A stretch of DNA of 37,654 nucleotides from Minisyncoccota bacterium (GTDB lineage Bacteria; Patescibacteriota; Minisyncoccia; Minisyncoccales; PWPS01). How positions within the stretch are numbered: the first letter of the stretch is position 1; each line of letters opens with the position of its first letter. Both the position numbers and the translations under genes were made by a program. Below, one piece after another: positions 9,905-18,596 of this stretch. The DNA is taken from the NCBI GenBank assembly GCA_021734685.1, contig JAIPIL010000002.1, forward strand, positions 1-37,654, written 5' to 3'. The notes beneath the pieces were generated by a model, which was not told the origin of the DNA, did no database searches, and worked only from the letters and a program-made list of their open reading frames with translations.

Positions 9905-10441
9905 ATGATATATTACATAAAAGGAATAATTACTATTAAGGAGAAAGATTTTGTTGTTATTGAAAGTAACGGAGTTGGGTATAAGATTTTTGTTGCTCCT
10001 GAAACTAGAGATCTTCTTGAAAAGGAAGTAACTATCTACTGTTATACAAAAAAAACCGACAAAGAAAATCAACTTTACGGCTTTCCAGAAAAAGAAAACT
10101 TGGAGTTGTTTGAAAAACTTCTTAAGATATCAGGAATAGGTCCGAAGACAGCGCTCGGAATCTCTTCAATCGCCTCAATGGAAGAACTTAAAAAAGGAAT
10201 AGAAGTGGAAGATAAAAAGATAATAAAAAAGATCTTCAAGGTTGGAAAGAAGAAAGGAGAGCAGATTGTTTTTGAGATATCAAGAAAGATGATTCAAGAG
10301 AGCAAGGAAGATGAAGTTTATCAAGCCTTAAAGAGTCTTGGTTTTCAAGAATATGAAATTAACGAAGCGTTAAAAAATACTTCTTCAGAAGATAGCGACG
10401 AAGAAAGAATGGCGGAAGCTTTAAAATATCTAGGGCAATGA
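9905..10441 (+). CDS. ruvA: Holliday junction branch migration protein RuvA
   Basis: GVGYKI, LYGF, ISGIGPKTAL HhH motif, ALKSLGF C-terminal domain; TGtTATACT 7 nt before the ATG. Confidence 0.95.
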   Translation: MIYYIKGIITIKEKDFVVIESNGVGYKIFVAPETRDLLEKEVTIYCYTKKTDKENQLYGFPEKENLELFEKLLKISGIGPKTALGISSIASMEELKKGIEVEDKKIIKKIFKVGKKKGEQIVFEISRKMIQESKEDEVYQALKSLGFQEYEINEALKNTSSEDSDEERMAEALKYLGQ

Positions 10442-11691
10442 TAAAAGATGTAATCAGAAAAATAAAACCTGTTGTTAGTTTTTATCACTTTCTATACTCT
10501 TTTGCAGGAGCAGTGTGGTATCGTTTTCCTTCTCGCAAGATTACAGTTATCGGGGTTACTGGAACTAACGGAAAAACAACAACCGTTGACTTTGCTTCAC
10601 GAATAATGAAAAAGGGGGGACTTCGAGTTGCTTCCTTCTCTTCAATCAAATTTGAAATTGCAGGTGAAGAGGAGACAAACCTTTTCAAAATGACGATGCC
10701 GGGAAGAGCGTTTCTTCAAAAGATGATAAGAAGGGCAGTTGATAAAAAATGCGATGTTGTTGTGATGGAAGTAACATCAGAAGGGATAAAGCAACACCGT
10801 CACCGATTCATAAACTTTCAAGGAGCATGCTTCACAAACCTCTCTCCAGAGCATATTGAATCACACGGAGGATTTGAAAACTACCGAAAAGAAAAAGAGA
10901 AACTTTTCAAAAAAACAAAAAACCTACACATCATAAATATTGATGACGAAAACGCTGATTATTTTCTGAAGCATCGGAGCAGAGAAAAGATTCTGTGCAC
11001 CACAAAACAAGAAAAAAAGGAAAATCTTTTAAAGGCAGAAAAGATAGAATCAACCGCTAACGGCACAACCTTTTTTATTAACGATGAAAAATTTACTTTA
11101 GCGGTAGCTGGAAAGTTTAATGTTTACAACGCTCTTTCAGCAGTAGCGATTGCTAGCAGTCAAGGAGTTTCCCTTAAAGACGCAAAAGAAGCGCTCCAAG
11201 AAAAATTCACAGTAAGCGGAAGAATGGAACAAGTAGTCTCCTCTCCGTTCAAAGTTATAATTGATTACGCGGTTACTCCCGATGCCCTTGAACAACTATA
11301 CAAAGAAGTGAAAGAAAACTTTTCAGCAAACAAAATTATCGCCGTTTTTGGAGCTTGTGGGGGAGGAAGAGACAAGTGGAAGCGACCAAAATTAGGAGAG
11401 ATTGCGGGAAGATACTGCGATTATATAATTTTAACAAACGAAGACCCCTATGATGAAAATCCAGAAGAGATCTTAAACGACATTGAAAAAGGAGTTCCAA
11501 AAAACACTGCTTATGAAAAAATAATAGACCGAGAAGAAGCAGTGAAAAAAGCCCTAAAACAAGCCAAAGAAAAAGATATAGTAGTAATCACCGGAAAAGG
11601 ATCCGAACCATGGATGGCCCTATCAAAAGGAAAAAAAATCCCCTGGAGCGACAAGGAAGTAATTAAGAAACATTTGACAATTGACAATTGA
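10438..11691 (+). CDS. murE: UDP-N-acetylmuramyl-tripeptide synthetase (Mur ligase)
   Basis: GVTGTNGKTT P-loop, MEVTSEG, FTNLSPEH, GRME, DYA, TNEDP, GKGSE. Confidence 0.9.
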   Translation: MIKDVIRKIKPVVSFYHFLYSFAGAVWYRFPSRKITVIGVTGTNGKTTTVDFASRIMKKGGLRVASFSSIKFEIAGEEETNLFKMTMPGRAFLQKMIRRAVDKKCDVVVMEVTSEGIKQHRHRFINFQGACFTNLSPEHIESHGGFENYRKEKEKLFKKTKNLHIINIDDENADYFLKHRSREKILCTTKQEKKENLLKAEKIESTANGTTFFINDEKFTLAVAGKFNVYNALSAVAIASSQGVSLKDAKEALQEKFTVSGRMEQVVSSPFKVIIDYAVTPDALEQLYKEVKENFSANKIIAVFGACGGGRDKWKRPKLGEIAGRYCDYIILTNEDPYDENPEEILNDIEKGVPKNTAYEKIIDREEAVKKALKQAKEKDIVVITGKGSEPWMALSKGKKIPWSDKEVIKKHLTIDN

Positions 11692-11770
11692 CATTTGACT
11701 TCTTGTTATTCCCGCCCACCCCTGTCATTCCCGCCCTCCCTTGTCATTCCCAGCTTGACTGGGAATCCAG
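11674..11770. repeat. TGACAAT heptamers, stuttered half-sites and a type-A REP (AGCTTGACT loop variant)
   Basis: TTGACAATTGACAATTGACATTTGAC overlaps the murE stop; full REP at 11743-11770. Confidence 0.88.
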
Positions 11771-11810
11771 AAATCCTTATGTTTATTAATCAACTAACAA
11801 AAATTGAATT

Positions 11811-12746
11811 ATGAAAATAAAAGAGATATACCAGCTTGCAATTGAAAAAGGAATTGAAAAAGACTTTCGCTCAAAAGAAGAGATTGAAAGTATGCTCCTT
11901 CGTGTCAGTAAAAAATATGAAGCACTGAGCGATGAGAAGAAAGAACTTTTTGACAAAGAACGGCTCACAAATCCTTTCTCCGATACAAGAATTTTATACG
12001 GCGATCCAGAAAAAGAAGTTAAAAAAGTAATGATCGGAATTGACATTGACGGAGAAGAACTTCTTTTAGCAAAACAACTTCAAGACATAGATCTTGTCAT
12101 CTCTCATCATCCACGAGGAGTTGCCCTCGCTGGACTTGATGATGTGATGCAACTTCAGATCGATGTTTTGCATATGTACGGAGTTCCCGTAAACATTGCA
12201 GAAAAACTTTTAAAAAAGAGAATCGGAGAAGTTACCAGAGGACTTTCTCCGGCTAATCACAACCGAGCAGTTGATATGGCAAGAGCACTAGATATTCCTT
12301 TTATGTGCGTTCACACTCCTGCAGATAATTTTGCCGCTCGTTTTGTTGAAGAAAAACTTGAAAAAGAAAATCCTTACTCGGTCAAAGATGTTATCAACTC
12401 TCTTCTAACTGTTTACGAATATAGACAAGCAGAAAAAATGGGAGTTGGTCCAAAGATATTTGTTGGAGGAGGAGAAAACAGAGTTGGTAAAATTGTTATT
12501 ACAGAGTTTACTGGAGGAACAGAAGGATCTCCAGAAATTTATCAAAAACTAGCAGATGTAGGAGCGGGAACAATAATCGGAATGCACATATCTGAAAAAC
12601 ACAAAGAAAAAGCAGAAAAGGCCTGCGTAAATGTTGTAGTTGCCGGACATATGTCATCCGACTCAATCGGAGTAAACCTCTTATTCAAAGAAATAGAAAA
12701 AAAAGGAGTAAAAATATTCCCCTGCGGAGGACTAATAAGAAAATAA
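11811..12746 (+). CDS. NIF3/DUF34-like metal-binding protein
   Basis: VMIGID, ISHHP, HTPADN, GHMSSDSIG metal-ligand motifs. Confidence 0.8.
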   Translation: MKIKEIYQLAIEKGIEKDFRSKEEIESMLLRVSKKYEALSDEKKELFDKERLTNPFSDTRILYGDPEKEVKKVMIGIDIDGEELLLAKQLQDIDLVISHHPRGVALAGLDDVMQLQIDVLHMYGVPVNIAEKLLKKRIGEVTRGLSPANHNRAVDMARALDIPFMCVHTPADNFAARFVEEKLEKENPYSVKDVINSLLTVYEYRQAEKMGVGPKIFVGGGENRVGKIVITEFTGGTEGSPEIYQKLADVGAGTIIGMHISEKHKEKAEKACVNVVVAGHMSSDSIGVNLLFKEIEKKGVKIFPCGGLIRK

Positions 12747-12750
12747 TCCC

Positions 12751-12907
12751 CGTCATTGCGAGGAGCGAAGCGACGTGGCAATCCCTTGAACCCCCCCGTC
12801 ATTCCCGCCCTCCCCCGTCATTCCCAACTTGATTGGGAATCCAGTTTTGAATTTTGAATTTAGTATTTTGAATTTATTTAGAATTTGGTGCTTAGAATTT
12901 AGAATTT
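12751..12907. repeat. Type-C REP, half-site, type-A REP and (A/T)GAATTT array
   Basis: CGTCATTGCGAGGAGCGAAGCGACGTGGCAATCCC at 12751-12785; type A 12817-12844. Confidence 0.88.
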
Positions 12908-14433
12908 ATTTTTTTTGTCATGTATGTCCCCCTCAACTCATACCCGTTACTCCTCCAGTAATCCCTCGTCCCAACCCCTGCTATCACTGCAATCTTATCT
13001 TTCTTAAAATCTTCTCTTGCAATCTCTTCCGCTTTTTTAATAAGCATCCTTCCCATTCCTTTGTGTTGTGGGGAGTATAGAAAATCTCCCTTATCAGATA
13101 TTGAAATTGAACTTCCGTAAGTTTTTATTTCTCTTATAATCGCAGAGTGATTATTATCACGAAGCCGAAGAAGAGCATAAATAGTGTCTTTCTCTTTATT
13201 TTCTAAAGAAAGAAAAACTTCTTCTCCTCCAGAGGCTTGATATCTTTCTTCATAAAGAAAAACTTCTTCTCCGTGCTTGTATCTCTCTCGCACCTCTCTA
13301 CAACGGATACATTTGCATCGCCAGCCCTCGTTATTTGCCTTTCTCGCGATAACTTCTCTCAGGTTTGATGTTTTACACCCACCGCCGATACTTTCCGCTG
13401 GAATGTCCCGAAAAAGGCGTTGGATCCGAACATAAGAAGGGATAATATCTTTCTTTATCTTTAATATTATCTCTACCAACTCATCTCCGCTAAACGAAAC
13501 ATATTGTTTGCTCTTCCAAAGAGAGTAAAGGGGAGTGCCTTCCATAACCAAACACGGATATATTTTTAAAAAATCAGGACGAAAATCAGAATCAGAAAAC
13601 ATCCTTTCAAAAGTTTCAACATCTTTTTCAGGAGAACTTTTTGGAAGATTAAGCATTACTTGATAACACACTTTAAACCCAGCTTCTTTTAAAAGTTTTG
13701 TTGCTTCTATCGTTTCTTTTACTCCGTGCCCTCGTTTTATGAAACTTAAAACATCATCAAACAGTGATTGAACTCCCAGCTCAACCATCGTAACTCCCAA
13801 AATTCGCAACTTCTTCACTTCTTCTTTGTCTATGTAATCAGGTCTTGTTTCAACCGAAAGACAAACAATGCGGTGCTTTGCCTTCTCATTCTTCTCTTGA
13901 GCCTCTTTCAGGGTTGCACTTTTCTCTCCATTACACGCCTCGTAGCAACTTTTAATAAACCAGATCTTGTAAATATCTGGATAAAAAGACCAAGTTCCAC
14001 CAACAATCCGAACTTCCAACTTTTCAGTAGTGTGCCCGGTTTCTTCCAACGCTTTCAATCTTGTCCTAATCTGTTTCACCGGATGAAAGTTGTTGTTAAA
14101 AGCACGCATCGCCGCTGGTTCGTTCTTCAAGTAACTCTTCGGCATTCCCTTTTCTTCAGGGCAGTAGATACATCTACCAGGGCAAGGAAACGGCTTTGTT
14201 AAAACCGAAACATTAACCACTCCTGATAACGATCTAACCGGACGAGTTCTCAAAACAGAAACAACTTTTTCATCTCTTTCTTTATTTTTGTGGTAGAATT
14301 TAAGAAGAGAAGAATTTGTTGGAGTAGAAACCTTGTATTTTTTGGAAGCAACTTTCTTTGCTTTCTCTAACTCTTCCCTCGTTTTTATCTCTCCTCGTTT
14401 TATCTTTTCAATTATCTCTTGATTTATATCCAT
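12892..14433 (-). CDS. elp3: Elp3 radical-SAM/GNAT tRNA uridine(34) acetyltransferase
   Basis: VRSLSGV, CPGRCIYCP, GGTW, ETRPD, ELGVQS, KIYP, CKCIRCRE, QHKGMG, GVGTRDY; start reassigned to MDINQ (CAT at 14431-14433). Confidence 0.92.
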   Translation of the reverse strand: MDINQEIIEKIKRGEIKTREELEKAKKVASKKYKVSTPTNSSLLKFYHKNKERDEKVVSVLRTRPVRSLSGVVNVSVLTKPFPCPGRCIYCPEEKGMPKSYLKNEPAAMRAFNNNFHPVKQIRTRLKALEETGHTTEKLEVRIVGGTWSFYPDIYKIWFIKSCYEACNGEKSATLKEAQEKNEKAKHRIVCLSVETRPDYIDKEEVKKLRILGVTMVELGVQSLFDDVLSFIKRGHGVKETIEATKLLKEAGFKVCYQVMLNLPKSSPEKDVETFERMFSDSDFRPDFLKIYPCLVMEGTPLYSLWKSKQYVSFSGDELVEIILKIKKDIIPSYVRIQRLFRDIPAESIGGGCKTSNLREVIARKANNEGWRCKCIRCREVRERYKHGEEVFLYEERYQASGGEEVFLSLENKEKDTIYALLRLRDNNHSAIIREIKTYGSSISISDKGDFLYSPQHKGMGRMLIKKAEEIAREDFKKDKIAVIAGVGTRDYWRSNGYELRGTYMTKKINSKF

Positions 14434-15066
14434 ATGAAAAATAAAGACGCACAAAACATAATGAGAAACCTGCAGAAAGATTACAACCTAACGGCAGAAT
14501 CTTTCTCTGCTACTCGTGACAGAATGTGGCCTGAGTTAAAATTCTTGTTTGATTATAGCAAAAAAAACGAAAAAGTTCTTGATCTAGGGTGCGGAAACGG
14601 AAGATTTTCAAAGTATCTTCAAGAAACAGATTACACCGGAGCTGATTTTTCAGAAAAAATGATAGAGCAAGCAAAAAAAAGATTTCCCGACAAAAAATTC
14701 GTAGTAGCAGATGTCCTCAACCTCCCCTTTGAAGACAACTATTTTGACAAGATATACTCCGTAGCAATGATCCACCAGATCCCATCCCACAAGTATCGCC
14801 TCGAAGCCCTCCTAGAAATAAAAAGAACCCTAAAACCCACCGGCCAAATCTTCCTAACCGCATGGAAAGCGGAGCGGGGTTGGGGCTCGCACCGCTTTGA
14901 GCGGGGGGAGGGGAAGGATGTTTTTCTGAAAAGAGAAAGATATTACTATCTTTTTGAAAAAGGAGAACTATCCGAACTAGCAGAAGAAGCAGGATTCAAA
15001 GTAAAAGAAGAAGGCTTGGCACAACAAGACAACAGGAGTAATATATACATAGTAGCAAGGAAATAG
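14434..15066 (+). CDS. Class I SAM methyltransferase, Trm9/ALKBH8-like
   Basis: YNLTAESFSATR..WP, VLDLGCGNGR, ADVLNLPF, SVAMIHQ, RYYYLFEKGEL; alternative start at 14461. Confidence 0.8.
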   Translation: MKNKDAQNIMRNLQKDYNLTAESFSATRDRMWPELKFLFDYSKKNEKVLDLGCGNGRFSKYLQETDYTGADFSEKMIEQAKKRFPDKKFVVADVLNLPFEDNYFDKIYSVAMIHQIPSHKYRLEALLEIKRTLKPTGQIFLTAWKAERGWGSHRFERGEGKDVFLKRERYYYLFEKGELSELAEEAGFKVKEEGLAQQDNRSNIYIVARK

Positions 15067-15068
15067 GC

Positions 15069-15283
15069 ATTTGACATTTGACATTTGACTGTCATTCTGA
15101 GCGAAGCGAAGAATCCCATCATCTTTGCAGTCCACGAGAGATTGCCACGGGCTAAAGCCCTCGCAATGACGATGGAGTGTCACTCCCACATTCTTTGTCA
15201 TTCCCGCGAAAGCGGGAATCCAGTTTTGAAAATTAAAAAATTGAAAATTCATTGAAAATTGTCAAATTGAAAATTGAAAATTT
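15069..15283. repeat. TGACATT heptamers, B/C REP doublet, type-A REP, GAAAATT array
   Basis: Doublet 15091-15170; type A 15197-15223. Confidence 0.9.
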
Positions 15284-15381
15284 TAGTCATTAATTCAAAA
15301 TTACTCAAACTTGCTTTATTGAAAAAGGAGTCAGGTACCTTTTTTAGAAAAATCTAGTATCATAATAATAACAAACATAAT

Positions 15382-15717
15382 ATGAAAAACTTAGGAATAT
15401 CTTTAATCTTTGTAGGAATCGCTATCATCTTATTAGTAATGTTTTTTGCTTTTCAGATCTTTGTCCAAGAGGAAGAGCCACCTATGGTATTCAAAGAGAG
15501 AGAAGTGATGATTAGCGATGTTTTTGGAGGAATACCAGTAGCAACTGAAAACGGCGAAGAGATGGAGATAGCAATTGGAGAAGGTGTAAAAATAGAAGAT
15601 GTTTTTCCAATAAACAAAACCCTAAACCTCTCCGCATTCTCAATCTTCGCTTTCATAATCTTCTCCGGAGCAGTAAAACTAACAAAAATAGGAATAGAAA
15701 TAAAGCGTGACAATTGA
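15382..15717 (+). CDS. Hypothetical membrane protein with two TM helices
   Basis: Hydrophobic segments near both termini; clean ORF between repeat blocks. Confidence 0.7.
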   Translation: MKNLGISLIFVGIAIILLVMFFAFQIFVQEEEPPMVFKEREVMISDVFGGIPVATENGEEMEIAIGEGVKIEDVFPINKTLNLSAFSIFAFIIFSGAVKLTKIGIEIKRDN

Positions 15718-15822
15718 CAATTAACAATTGACCTTTGACACATCACTGTCATTCCCACCCATCTGTCATTCCCGCGAAAGCGGGAATCCAGTCAAAAGTC
15801 ACATGTCAACTGTCAAATGTCA
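15708..15822. repeat. Inverted TGACAAT/GTCAAAT heptamer arms around a type-A REP
   Basis: Left arm 15708-15740; REP 15765-15791; right arm 15791-15822. Confidence 0.88.
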
Positions 15823-15831
15823 CTCTGCTTA

Positions 15832-15860
15832 TTGACTTAATCCTTGTTTTAGTGTATATT
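15832..15860 (+). promoter_or_regulatory. Probable ssrA promoter
   Basis: TTGACT, 17 bp, TATATT. Confidence 0.6.
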
Positions 15861-15862
15861 GA

Positions 15863-16117
15863 AGGGCATAGGATACGAACCAAACAACCTTTAGAAACTG
15901 ATAAATGAGTTGATTTCAAGAAACGACGACCTAGCTACATTGAGGAGGAGTGACGCAGAAATCAGCCATTTATCAGCTTCCCGTAGGGCGGATCAATTTT
16001 ATCCATATTCTGCGTTATTCGTGAACAAGGTATTTGGCAATACCTTTTATCACTCACGCCTTGAATATGAATAAAATTGATTCCGCTAAAGATCATTTGG
16101 TTCGTGTCCTATGCCCT
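15863..16117. mobile_element. 255-bp MITE-like or structured element with 22-bp terminal inverted repeats and two internal hairpins
   Basis: AGGGCATAGGATACGAACCAAA ... TTTGGTTCGTGTCCTATGCCCT (one G-U type mismatch); inner stems CTGATAAATG/CATTTATCAG and GCGGATCAATTTTAT/ATAAAATTGATTCCGC. Confidence 0.6.
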
Positions 16118-16122
16118 GACTT

Positions 16123-16471
16123 GGGGATGCACGTTTCGACAAAATCTCATAGGAAAATATTGCAAGCCGAGCACAATCTCGTAAATCTTGACTTTCACAA
16201 TAAGTGCCAACTTATTTAAAGAAGAACCTGCATTGGCATTAGCTTAAACGCAGGCGTTCCCTTCCTGATTTCTCATAGGGGAGAGTGAATGTCATAAATG
16301 AGGATATGAGATTAAAATTTGAACTTTGTTTTAATCTTGAAAAAAATAAAGTTCGGGAGTAGAAAAATTTTTTCCGATTTAATTTTCTTACTTCTTTAAC
16401 CCCCAATCGGAATAAGCTTGTAGATGTATTTTTCTTGACTTTTGGACGGGAGTTCAATCTCCCCATCTCCA
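16123..16471 (+). ncRNA. ssrA: tmRNA, tag peptide ANLFKEEPALALA*
   Basis: 5' GGGGATG pairs with 3' CATCTCC-A with a G3-U wobble; TTCGAC near the 5' end; T-arm GGGAG-TTCAAT; tag ORF 16206-16247 after TAAGT. Confidence 0.93.
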
Positions 16472-16488
16472 CATAACTTATATAAAAT

Positions 16489-17007
16489 TTGAAAAAGAAA
16501 ATAATTCCCGCAAACAATAAAATAAGAGCAAGAGAAGTGAGAGTTGTTACCGTTGATGGAGAGAACTTTGGCGTTGTTCCAATTGAAAAAGCACTGGAGC
16601 TTGCGAAAGAAAGAGAACTTGATCTTGTTCAGATTACTGATAATGTTGTTCCGCCTGTCTGTAAAATAATAGATTACGGAAAGTATCTTTATAAAGAAAA
16701 CAAGAAGAAGAGAAAGCAGAAAACAGTAACTAAATCACAAGTTAAATCTGTTCGCCTTGGCTTTGCAATATCTGATCACGATATGGAAATAAGAGCTAAT
16801 TCAACAGAGAAATTTTTAAATCAAGGAAGCACCGTTCGCGTTATTCTCCCACTGAAAGGAAGACAAAAAGCACTTGAAAGTGTTGCTCGCGAAAAACTAA
16901 AGTTTTTCATAGAGATGGTTGAAAAGAAGAACGAAATAAAAATAGAAAAAGAAATATCAAAAGAGCCTCGTGGATTAACAGTTGTAATCTCAGGGGCAAA
17001 CTCGTAA
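16489..17007 (+). CDS. infC: Translation initiation factor IF-3 (non-ATG start)
   Basis: NNKIRAREVRVV, LDLVQI..PPVCKIIDYGKY, ISDHD; TTG or ATT start. Confidence 0.96.
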   Translation: MKKKIIPANNKIRAREVRVVTVDGENFGVVPIEKALELAKERELDLVQITDNVVPPVCKIIDYGKYLYKENKKKRKQKTVTKSQVKSVRLGFAISDHDMEIRANSTEKFLNQGSTVRVILPLKGRQKALESVAREKLKFFIEMVEKKNEIKIEKEISKEPRGLTVVISGANS

Positions 17008-17019
17008 CCTTTTAGAAAA

Positions 17020-17226
17020 ATGAAAAAAACAAGCCAAAAACCAAAAACAAGAAAATCTATATCAAAAAGATTTAAAATAACAAAAAACGGAAAAGTTATG
17101 CGCCGTCGCACAGGGCAGATGCATTACCGTGCAAAAATGAACGGAGACGAAAGAAGAACCCTCCGCCGTTTCGTAGAAATGTCCCCAGAAGAATCAAAAA
17201 AAATAAAAAAATCATTAACATACTAG
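17020..17226 (+). CDS. rpmI: 50S ribosomal protein L35
   Basis: KTRKSISKRFKITKNGKV; infC-rpmI-rplT synteny. Confidence 0.92.
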   Translation: MKKTSQKPKTRKSISKRFKITKNGKVMRRRTGQMHYRAKMNGDERRTLRRFVEMSPEESKKIKKSLTY

Positions 17227-17228
17227 CT

Positions 17229-17449
17229 AAAATTTTCAATTTGACAATTTTCAATTTTCAAATCCTAAGCACTAAATCCTAAACTCTAAACAAACCCAAA
17301 ATCCAAATGACAAAAATCCAAAACAAAAACACTGTCATTCTGAGCGAAGCGAAGAATCTCGTTTTGAATTTAGTATTTAGAATTTAGAGTTTATCATTTT
17401 AAATTTGTAATTTATTTTTGAAAATTGCCAAATTGAAAATTGAAAATTT
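17229..17449. repeat. Nested inverted heptamer arms around a type-B REP
   Basis: AATTTTC array, AAATCC(T/A) array, GTCATTCTGAGCGAAGCGAAGAATCTC, (T)AGAATTT array, GAAAATT array. Confidence 0.88.
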
Positions 17450-17458
17450 TATAAAACT

Positions 17459-17806
17459 ATGCCTAGAGTAAAAAGAGGAACAACTGCACATAAGAGAAGA
17501 AAAAATGTTTTGCGAGAAGCAAAGGGTTTTCGTTGGGGAAGAAGCACAAAGTTCAAAGCCGCTAAACAGGCTTTAATGAAAGCTTGGAGTTACTCTTACC
17601 GTGACCGAAAGGTAAAGAAGAGAACAATGAGAAGACTATGGAACATCTCCATCAACACCGCCTGCAGAGAAAACGGAATAATCTATCGCGATTTCATCTT
17701 TAAACTAAGAGAAAAAAACATAAAACTAAACCGAAAAGTTTTAAGCGAGATAGCAAACAACCGTCCAGAAACGTTTGTTAAGATCTTAGAAGAAGTAAAG
17801 AAGTAA
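17459..17806 (+). CDS. rplT: 50S ribosomal protein L20
   Basis: MPRVKRG, AKGF, YRDRKVKKR, LNRKVLSEIA. Confidence 0.98.
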   Translation: MPRVKRGTTAHKRRKNVLREAKGFRWGRSTKFKAAKQALMKAWSYSYRDRKVKKRTMRRLWNISINTACRENGIIYRDFIFKLREKNIKLNRKVLSEIANNRPETFVKILEEVKK

Positions 17807-17823
17807 AGAAACAACAAAACAAT

Positions 17824-17856
17824 AAAAAATCGCGGGGCCTAACCTCGCGATTTTTT
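17824..17856. terminator. Bidirectional terminator between rplT and smpB
   Basis: A-tract, ATCGCGGGG-CCTAA-CCTCGCGAT, T-tract. Confidence 0.85.
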
Positions 17857-17864
17857 CGTTTCAT

Positions 17865-18299
17865 TTAAAGTCGTCTTAAATCTCTTTCAATTGTTTTTCT
17901 TTTCAGTGCTTCTCGCTTGTCGTACTTCTTTTTTCCTCTTCCGACTCCGATCTCTAGTTTAATCAATCTTTTTTTCGTATAAATACTTAGAGGAATAATA
18001 GAAATTCCTCGCTCTTTCTTTTTTCCAGAAAGATAATCAATCTGCTTTCTACTTAAAAGCAGTTTTCTTTTTCTTCGTGGGTCGTAATTTTCAGAGGTGT
18101 TTTTTGGTTGATAGGGGGAGATGTGGCAGTTAACAAGAAAGCACTCGTTGTCATCAACAGAAACAAAAGCACCAACAAGCGAAGCCTTCCCTTCGCGCAC
18201 TGCTTTAACCTCTTTCCCAAGTAAAACAATTCCCGCCTCCATCTTCTCTAAGATGTGGTAATCAAAAGTAGCTTTCTTGTTCTTAACTAAAACAGGCAT
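17865..18299 (-). CDS. smpB: SsrA-binding protein
   Basis: NKKATFDY, EAGIVLLGKEVKA, RKLLL, GKKKYDKRE; start reassigned to MPVLV. Confidence 0.97.
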   Translation of the reverse strand: MPVLVKNKKATFDYHILEKMEAGIVLLGKEVKAVREGKASLVGAFVSVDDNECFLVNCHISPYQPKNTSENYDPRRKRKLLLSRKQIDYLSGKKKERGISIIPLSIYTKKRLIKLEIGVGRGKKKYDKREALKRKTIERDLRRL

Positions 18300-18306
18300 T
18301 AACCCA

Positions 18307-18334
18307 ATTCTACCACAAAACAAAATGTTTCCAA
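18307..18334 (-). promoter_or_regulatory. smpB promoter, probably leaderless
   Basis: TTGGAA, 16 bp, TAGAAT with TG extension; ATG 7 nt downstream. Confidence 0.55.
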
Positions 18335-18554
18335 AGGAAACACGCAAAACAACGCGAAACTTTTCCCTCCGTCATTCTGAAGGAGGGAAACGACTGAAGA
18401 ATCCCATCACCTCTGCAATCACCATGAGATTCTTCACTTCACTACGCTCCGTTCAGAATGACAGTGGGGTATCATTCCCACCCCCCCTGTCATTCCCGCA
18501 AAAGCGGGAATCCAGTCAATAGTCAAAAGTCACATGTCAAATGTCAATTGTCAA
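18326..18554. repeat. Cap hairpin, CGCAAAA array, REP doublet, type-A REP, GTCAAAT array
   Basis: Doublet 18371-18462; type A 18489-18515. Confidence 0.88.
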
Positions 18555-18560
18555 CCACCA

Positions 18561-18589
18561 TTGGGCTTGCTCATAAATTATGTTATAAT
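18561..18589 (+). promoter_or_regulatory. argS promoter, probably leaderless
   Basis: TTGGGC, 17 bp, TATAAT with TG extension; ATG at 18597. Confidence 0.55.
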
Positions 18590-18596
18590 AATTACT

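Noticed and set aside
9905..10441. ruvA without adjacent ruvB/ruvC as evidence of pathway loss
   Set aside because: These genes may lie outside the window; this cannot be judged here.
7260..16471. Prophage or integrative island at tRNA-Gly or ssrA
   Set aside because: No integrase, no duplicated 3' att fragment, and the flanks are core genes.
16034..16517. ORFs 16034-16219 (+) and 16239-16517 (-)
   Set aside because: They overlap the Y-shaped element and tmRNA and have no protein-like features.
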